From Pseudomonadota bacterium (GTDB taxonomy: Bacteria > Bdellovibrionota_B > Oligoflexia > Oligoflexales > CAIYRB01): a stretch of 12,425 bases of DNA. The stretch lies in assembly GCA_031416315.1 (NCBI GenBank), contig JANOTL010000110.1:1-12425 (forward strand). The letters run 5' to 3'. The notes beneath the pieces are model-generated. The model saw only the letters and a list, made by a program, of their open reading frames with translations. It did not search any database and was not told the origin of the DNA. Both the position numbers and the translations under genes were made by a program. Each line of letters starts with the position of its first letter. The stretch's first letter is position 1. Shown one piece after another: positions 7,341-12,425 of the stretch.

Positions 7341-8072
7341 TTAAGGCGCCAACTGTGGGAACGTCCCCGCCGCCCGCAACTTCACCAATCCGCGCTCGAG
7401 GATCCCCACGAGCTCTTTCGCCCGCGGATGCTTCTTCGACACGACCACGAATAGGTCGTTGCTCTGGATCGGCAGCTCGAGGGCCTCGAATCCGCTCGTG
7501 TCGCCGCCATAGAGCTTCTCGACCGCCGGCCACATCACGAAATCGCTCTCGCTGATCGCATCCACGCGTCCGGCCCTCAACATGCGCAAGCAAGAGTCGA
7601 GGTCGGGTGGCGTCTCCGCCTTGATGATCTTCGCGTCCAAAAACGGCTTCAGCTGCGACTCCCACGCATAACCGGCGGGCTTGCACAGCGTCTTGCCGCG
7701 CGCATCTTCCAGCCTCGTGAACGGGAACGCGCCGCCGCTCCGCACGAAGAGCCGCACCGTGACGTGAAAGAGTCTCGCAACGTAGTCGAACACGAGCTCC
7801 CGCTCCGGCGTCTTCACGTAAGGAAACGTCGCGACGTAACGGCCGTCGGCCGTGAGCTTCTCGGCGCGGCTCCACGGCACGAACTCGATCTCGTACGGGA
7901 CGTTCGCATCCTTCAGGATCGCCTCGACCACCGATGTCGCCAAGCCACGGCCCGGCAGTGCCTCGTCGGAGAAGGGCGGATAACCGTTGCCCGTGGCGAG
8001 CTTGAGCGGCTCCTGGCTGCCGGAAGAGCTCGCGAGAAGCGCGGCTGCAACGAATGCGGCGAGGAGGCGCAT
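7341..8072 (-). CDS. Family 3 (PBP type 2, amino-acid-type) extracellular solute-binding protein, 243 aa
   Basis: Signal peptide MRLLAAFVAAALLA. Motifs YPPFSDEALPGRGL, FVPWSRA, KTPERE and MLRAGRVDA. The start overlaps the upstream stop (TGATG at 8074-8070). Confidence 0.88.
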   Translation of the reverse strand: MRLLAAFVAAALLASSSGSQEPLKLATGNGYPPFSDEALPGRGLATSVVEAILKDANVPYEIEFVPWSRAEKLTADGRYVATFPYVKTPERELVFDYVARLFHVTVRLFVRSGGAFPFTRLEDARGKTLCKPAGYAWESQLKPFLDAKIIKAETPPDLDSCLRMLRAGRVDAISESDFVMWPAVEKLYGGDTSGFEALELPIQSNDLFVVVSKKHPRAKELVGILERGLVKLRAAGTFPQLAP

Positions 8073-9826
8073 CAAAGCCCCACCGGACCGGTCTCGCGTA
8101 CGATCACCATCGATTTGCCCACCCCTGGTAGCTCGACCCTCTGCAAGCGTTGGTCCTTCCACACGTAAAAGGCGCGACCAGCCCCAGGCAGCTCCGTCGG
8201 AAACCGAAAGCGGATTTTCGTCGGAAAGCCATCCTCGGCGGCCGTGATCTCCGCCGTGAACTGCTGGCGCTGGACCGTCTCGCCCAGACGCAAGGCCGTG
8301 TCAGGCGCGCGAAACAGCGCCTCGAAGGCGCTCGCATGAAAGCGCCCGCCGATCGGCTCCAGGTCGAAGGTCTGCGCGTCGACCCGTGTCAGCCGATGAT
8401 CCCGCATCGCCATCGACAAGGTCAGCCACGGAGGATGCGGCAGCGCCTCGACCCTCCGGACCATCCCCGCGTACATCGGAATCAGATGATCCGGCGCGGT
8501 GAGCAGGATGACGGTCTTCGTCCCGGCCGGCACCTCCAGCGTGCGCGCCGCGTTTCGCGTCAACCGCGCCTGGTTCCACGTCGATCCCATTCCGACCAGG
8601 CCCCAGAGCGGATGCGCGAGCAGCGCGAGCAGGACGAGAAAGGTCGCGTAGCGGCGTCGCCACGGCTTCGGGCTCAAGAACTCCTTCTGGATGCAGGCCG
8701 CCATCGCCGCCGCGGCGCCGAACAGCGCGCCGATCAACACCCGATTCATGGGTATCGTCGCGATGCTCGGCAGGATCGCGAGGCCCGAGCCGACCAGCAG
8801 CGCCCGCAAACGCAGCGCGTCGCGCTCGGCGAAGCTCTTCTCCGCCCGGACGTAGAACGCTAGGAACGCGGCCGCGAACGCGAATCCGATCATCGCGGGC
8901 ACGGCTATCGGCAGCCCGGGCACGATGCTCATTTCGGAGGGAACGGGCCCGAGCAGGCCGCCGACGAGCGCGCCGAGCCGTGTGAGCGCCGTGCTCGCCA
9001 AAACCAGGGGATCGGCGGTGGGATCGACGTAGCCGCCGGAATAAGCGGCCCCGTAACCACCCGCTTTGTAGAGCGCGAGGTAGCCGAGCAAGACCAGCCC
9101 GTACGGCGCGAGGTGCGCAATGCGCCGGCCCACGGATCCAGGGGCCGCGATCATCTCGAATGCGACGATGTAAGCCAGAAAGCCGAGCCCCGCTTCTGCG
9201 CTCCCCAGTGCCGCGATCACGAGTAGGACCGCGAGCCCGAGGCGTGCGATCGCGTTCCTTCCTGCTTCGCGCGCCGTCACGTGCACGCCGAACGCCGCCA
9301 GCCCGAATGTCGCCGCGAGCAAGCTGTTCCGGTTCGCGATCCAGACCGTCGGCAATGCGAGCTTGTCCGAAACCGCGAAGATCACCGTCGCGAGGAGCCA
9401 CAGCCGCCGCGGCAAGATTCCCTTGAACGCGAACGCCGCCACCGCGATCAGGGCCGCGAGCCACGCCAGCGAGTGCAGGTGCCAGGCCCACGCGGCGTCG
9501 CCCAAGAGCGCGTTGTCCGCCGTCATCGCGAGAGACGACAGCGGCCTGAAAAAGTTGAGCTTCAGCTCTTCGTGGCTGAACCAAGGCAAATATCCTAGAT
9601 CCATCAGCTCGCGCGGCGCGCTGCTCGGCTCCCGCACGAACGAATAGAGCTCCCACGACCGCCACTGGACCGTTGCGTCCCGCATACGCACGAGGAAGAG
9701 GTAGTCGTCGGCGAAAAATCCGATCGCCAGCGACGGCAGATAAAACGCCAGCATCATCAGGATGACGATCCCGACGCCCCGCGGCGATCCGTTCGCGACG
9801 ATCAGTCGGGCGAGCCTCTGGCGCAT
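8072..9826 (-). CDS. Polytopic membrane protein, probable GT-C fold glycosyltransferase (TMTC/PMT/ArnT-like), 584 aa
   Basis: Many hydrophobic segments. An acidic GFFADDY motif follows the first TM helix, then FFRPLSSL, WHLHSL, WIANRNSL and SAEAG, matching the DD / YRPL / WISGRxxL / SKExA pattern of TMTC-like proteins. Soluble C-terminal domain and GGAGG RBS. Confidence 0.65.
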   Translation of the reverse strand: MRQRLARLIVANGSPRGVGIVILMMLAFYLPSLAIGFFADDYLFLVRMRDATVQWRSWELYSFVREPSSAPRELMDLGYLPWFSHEELKLNFFRPLSSLAMTADNALLGDAAWAWHLHSLAWLAALIAVAAFAFKGILPRRLWLLATVIFAVSDKLALPTVWIANRNSLLAATFGLAAFGVHVTAREAGRNAIARLGLAVLLVIAALGSAEAGLGFLAYIVAFEMIAAPGSVGRRIAHLAPYGLVLLGYLALYKAGGYGAAYSGGYVDPTADPLVLASTALTRLGALVGGLLGPVPSEMSIVPGLPIAVPAMIGFAFAAAFLAFYVRAEKSFAERDALRLRALLVGSGLAILPSIATIPMNRVLIGALFGAAAAMAACIQKEFLSPKPWRRRYATFLVLLALLAHPLWGLVGMGSTWNQARLTRNAARTLEVPAGTKTVILLTAPDHLIPMYAGMVRRVEALPHPPWLTLSMAMRDHRLTRVDAQTFDLEPIGGRFHASAFEALFRAPDTALRLGETVQRQQFTAEITAAEDGFPTKIRFRFPTELPGAGRAFYVWKDQRLQRVELPGVGKSMVIVRETGPVGL

Positions 9827-9860
9827 GGAGCCTCCGGGGGAGCCTCCATCTTACCACCGA

Positions 9861-11393
9861 TCAATGCACCGAGAGCCCCGACGGCCGCCGGTACCCGCAC
9901 ATCACCAGCTTCTCGAGCACCGCCTTGGGACTCTCGACCGCCTCCACGCCGAGTGGAAACGCCGCCTGCCCCGTCGTCTGCTGCACGAGCTTCAGGCCAT
10001 GCTCCCAGCCGATCAAGGTCTCCTCGCAGACGGTGCGCGCCGCGGTCCTTCGCCGGGTGGCCCGCTCGTGGATCAGCCGCGTCGCCGGCTCGTCGAACTT
10101 CACCCGCATGCCGTGCACGCGGAAAAAGTCGTCCTCGAACTTGTGGATGTGGAGGACGTCGAGCTCCAGCTGCCGATACCCGGGCTCGTCGACCAGACGG
10201 CGTAGGATCGCCGTCGGATTCTGGACCAGCTCTTTCGACACCACGAACTCCCGCACCGCGCTGCTCGGGAGCTCGTACTTGAACTCGCGCAGGGTCCGCT
10301 CGCACACCGTCATCAAAGACCGTGCTCCGGTCCTCTCGACTTCGGCCAGCTTCGCGATCTCGCGCAGCGCCGCGTCCGTAAACATCGTGGCGATCCCGTA
10401 ATCCGCGAATGCGCGCTCATATTGCCGTACGATGCTGCCTTCGGAGTTGCGCAGCACCGCGAAGAGCTCTTCTTCGCCCAGCTCGTGGCACGCGACTCGC
10501 ACCGGCAGGCGCCCGACGAACTCCGGCTCGAAGCCGAAACGGACGAAATCCTCCGTGCGCGCCTGCGCCAGGAGCCCGTCCTCGCGCTCCTGCGCCTTCC
10601 CGGCGCGATGAAATCCGAGCGCCTCGGCGCCGATACGCTGCCGCACGATCCCCTCGAGACCATGGAACGCTCCGCTCACGATGAACAGCACGTTGCGCGT
10701 GTTGAACACCTTCTTCTCGGGCTTTCGCCCTCTCTGCGCGTCGATCAGTAACTGGAGCTGCGAACGCGGGTCGCTGCCGCTCGTCAGGTCGACCTCGGTC
10801 TCCTCCATCAGCTTCAGAAGCCCGAACTGCACGCCGCGACCGCTGACGTCGCGGCCGCCGCTTTCCCCGGCCGAGGCGAGCTTGTCCACCTCGTCCAAGT
10901 ACACGATCCCGAGCTGCGCGCGCTCGAGATCGCCGTCCGCCGCGGTCATGAGATCGCGCACGAGGTCGTCGACGTTCGCGCCGACGTAGCCGGTCTCCGA
11001 GAAGCGCGTCGCGTCCGCTTTCACGAACGGTACGCCGACGAGCCGTGCGATCTGCTTCACGAGATAGGTCTTGCCGACGCCGGTCGGACCCAGGAGCAGG
11101 ACGTTTTGCTTGGCATATGCTTCGTCGTCATGCGCGTGCGTGTGGGCGATGTGGCGGTAGTGATCGCAGACGGCGATCGCCAAAGCCTTCTTCGCGCCGT
11201 CCTGGCCGATCACGAAGCGGTCGAGATAGTCCTTCACGTCGCGTGGCTTGTGCTTGAACTCGAGGGCGCCGAGGGCGCTGGGAATCGGCCGCACCTCTGG
11301 CTGGAAGACGCGGACGTTCGCGCCAAAGCGGTGCCGCGCGAACTCTTCGAACTCTTTCTGGATCTCTTCCGGGCTGGGGAAGGAGTCGCTCAT
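9861..11393 (-). CDS. clpX: ClpX-like AAA+ ATPase lacking the N-terminal C4 zinc finger, with duplicated C-terminal small domain, 510 aa
   Basis: GGAGG RBS before ATG 11393. Motifs YLDRFVIGQDGAKKALAIAV, Walker A GPTGVGKT, ADATRFSETGYVG, Walker B IVYLDEVDK, RDVSGRGVQ, NVLFIVSGAF, LGF loop, PEFVGRLPV and RTGARSL. Confidence 0.85.
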   Translation of the reverse strand: MSDSFPSPEEIQKEFEEFARHRFGANVRVFQPEVRPIPSALGALEFKHKPRDVKDYLDRFVIGQDGAKKALAIAVCDHYRHIAHTHAHDDEAYAKQNVLLLGPTGVGKTYLVKQIARLVGVPFVKADATRFSETGYVGANVDDLVRDLMTAADGDLERAQLGIVYLDEVDKLASAGESGGRDVSGRGVQFGLLKLMEETEVDLTSGSDPRSQLQLLIDAQRGRKPEKKVFNTRNVLFIVSGAFHGLEGIVRQRIGAEALGFHRAGKAQEREDGLLAQARTEDFVRFGFEPEFVGRLPVRVACHELGEEELFAVLRNSEGSIVRQYERAFADYGIATMFTDAALREIAKLAEVERTGARSLMTVCERTLREFKYELPSSAVREFVVSKELVQNPTAILRRLVDEPGYRQLELDVLHIHKFEDDFFRVHGMRVKFDEPATRLIHERATRRRTAARTVCEETLIGWEHGLKLVQQTTGQAAFPLGVEAVESPKAVLEKLVMCGYRRPSGLSVH

Positions 11394-11501
11394 CAAAGGC
11401 CCTCCGAGGACACCGTCCTGGGGGCCATTATGAAGGCGCGATCGTGAAGATCCGCGAAGCAAGGTAACTGCCCGACTCGCTTGCCGAATTACCGGCTTGG
11501 A

Positions 11502-11528
11502 AAATGTCGACCAAATTGGTAGACATTT
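11502..11528. promoter_or_regulatory. 27-bp inverted repeat, probable Rrf2-family (IscR/SufR-type) operator
   Basis: AAATGTCGACCAA-A-TTGGTAGACATTT has 12 of 13 arm positions complementary, is AT-rich in a GC-rich context, and lies about 60 nt upstream of sufB. It resembles IscR type-1 sites (GAC-N7-GTC core). Confidence 0.7.
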
Positions 11529-11530
11529 GC

Positions 11531-11559
11531 GTGACACAAGGCGTTAGCGCGCGTAAGAA
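11531..11559 (+). promoter_or_regulatory. Putative sigma70 promoter of the suf operon
   Basis: GTGACA (11531-11536), 17-nt spacer, TAAGAA (11554-11559), directly downstream of the palindrome. Confidence 0.4.
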
Positions 11560-11587
11560 AGCGCTTCCTATCATTGGAAAGCGGCAC

Positions 11588-12425
11588 ATGTCTGCTCCCG
11601 ATTCTGCAAAGCCCCAACTCGCGGGGCGCGAGTACAAGTACGGTTTCGTCACCCAGGTCGAGACGGATGAATTTCCGAAGGGCCTGAGCGAGGATGTCGT
11701 GCGGAAGCTCTCCGCCGTCAAAGGTGAGCCGGAGTTCGTCCTCGAGTTCCGCTTGAAGGCCTATCGCTATTGGCTGACCCTGGAAGAGCCCACCTGGGCG
11801 AACGTCACCTATCCGAAGATCGATTTCCAGGATCTCCGGTACTACTCGGCGCCGAAGAAGAAGGCCCCGGGCCCGTCCTCCCTCGACGAGATCGACGCGG
11901 AGGTCCTTGCCACCTTCAACCGCCTGGGCATCCCCCTGGCGGAGCAGAAGCGCCTCACCGGCGTCGCCGTCGACGCCGTCTTCGACTCCGTCTCGGTCGC
12001 GACGACGCACCGGGAGGAGCTCTACAAGGTCGGCGTCATCTTCTGCTCCTTCTCGGAGGCCGTGAAAGACCACCCCGAGCTGGTGAAGAAGTATCTGGGC
12101 ACCGTCGTCCCGTACAAAGACAACTACTACGCGGCGCTCAACTCCGCGGTTTTCAGCGACGGATCTTTCGTCTACATCCCGAAGGGCGTTCGCTGCCCGC
12201 TCGAGCTCTCCACCTACTTCCGCATCAACGCGGCGGAGACGGGCCAGTTCGAGCGCACGCTGATCATCGCCGAAGCCGGCAGCTACGTCAGCTACCTCGA
12301 AGGCTGCACGGCGCCGCAAAGGGACGAGAACCAACTCCACGCCGCGATCGTCGAGCTCGTCGCCCACGACGAAGCCGAGATCAAGTACTCGACCGTGCAG
12401 AACTGGTACGCCGGCGACAAGGACG
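11588..12425 (+). CDS. sufB: Fe-S cluster assembly protein SufB (5' part, truncated by window end)
   Basis: Absent from the ORF track because it has no stop in the window. Translation gives [22 protein letters not shown]...[15 protein letters not shown]...[48 protein letters not shown]...[22 protein letters not shown]...KYSTVQNWY. Confidence 0.98.
   Translation, partial: MSAPDSAKPQLAGREYKYGFVTQVETDEFPKGLSEDVVRKLSAVKGEPEFVLEFRLKAYRYWLTLEEPTWANVTYPKIDFQDLRYYSAPKKKAPGPSSLDEIDAEVLATFNRLGIPLAEQKRLTGVAVDAVFDSVSVATTHREELYKVGVIFCSFSEAVKDHPELVKKYLGTVVPYKDNYYAALNSAVFSDGSFVYIPKGVRCPLELSTYFRINAAETGQFERTLIIAEAGSYVSYLEGCTAPQRDENQLHAAIVELVAHDEAEIKYSTVQNWYAGDKD

Noticed and set aside
8301..9857. 518-aa Arg-rich alternative-frame ORF and similar long overlapping ORFs (276-1025, 1016-1876, 1753-2649, 3010-3828, 4884-5708, 7042-7875)
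   Set aside because: Arg/Pro/Gly-rich or antisense shadows expected at high GC. Each overlaps a gene with recognisable family motifs.
11394..11537. 48-codon N-terminal extension of ClpX
   Set aside because: It overlaps the operator and promoter region, has no zinc-finger motif, and the ATG at 11393 has a good RBS.
11489..12367. 292-aa minus-strand ORF
   Set aside because: Antisense shadow of the unmistakable sufB on the plus strand.

Overview
High-GC, gene-dense bacterial chromosome segment. The gene style suggests Myxococcota, Bdellovibrionota or a related deltaproteobacterial lineage (inference only). Left to right it holds: (1) a cluster of REP-like palindromes and a perfect 14-bp hairpin; (2) a minus-strand pair encoding a Cys-rich Sel1-repeat protein and an OmpA-like/PDZ fusion with no protease domain; (3) a Gfo/Idh/MocA oxidoreductase converging on a glycerophosphodiester phosphodiesterase that lies directly downstream of tRNA-Ser(CGA); (4) a tightly overlapping three-gene envelope operon (DUF1553-like lipoprotein, Tat-exported DUF1501 protein, Cys-rich CxxCH protein); (5) a minus-strand run of an atypical ClpX-like ATPase, a GT-C-like membrane protein and an orphan family-3 solute-binding protein; (6) the 5' part of sufB behind a strong IscR/Rrf2-type palindrome. 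No integrase, transposase or CRISPR array is visible. The best candidates for uncharacterised biology are the DUF1501/heme-c/lipoprotein module, the ClpX variant with no zinc finger and a duplicated C-terminal domain, and the Sel1 + OmpA-PDZ pair. All family assignments come from motif recognition by eye, not database searches.
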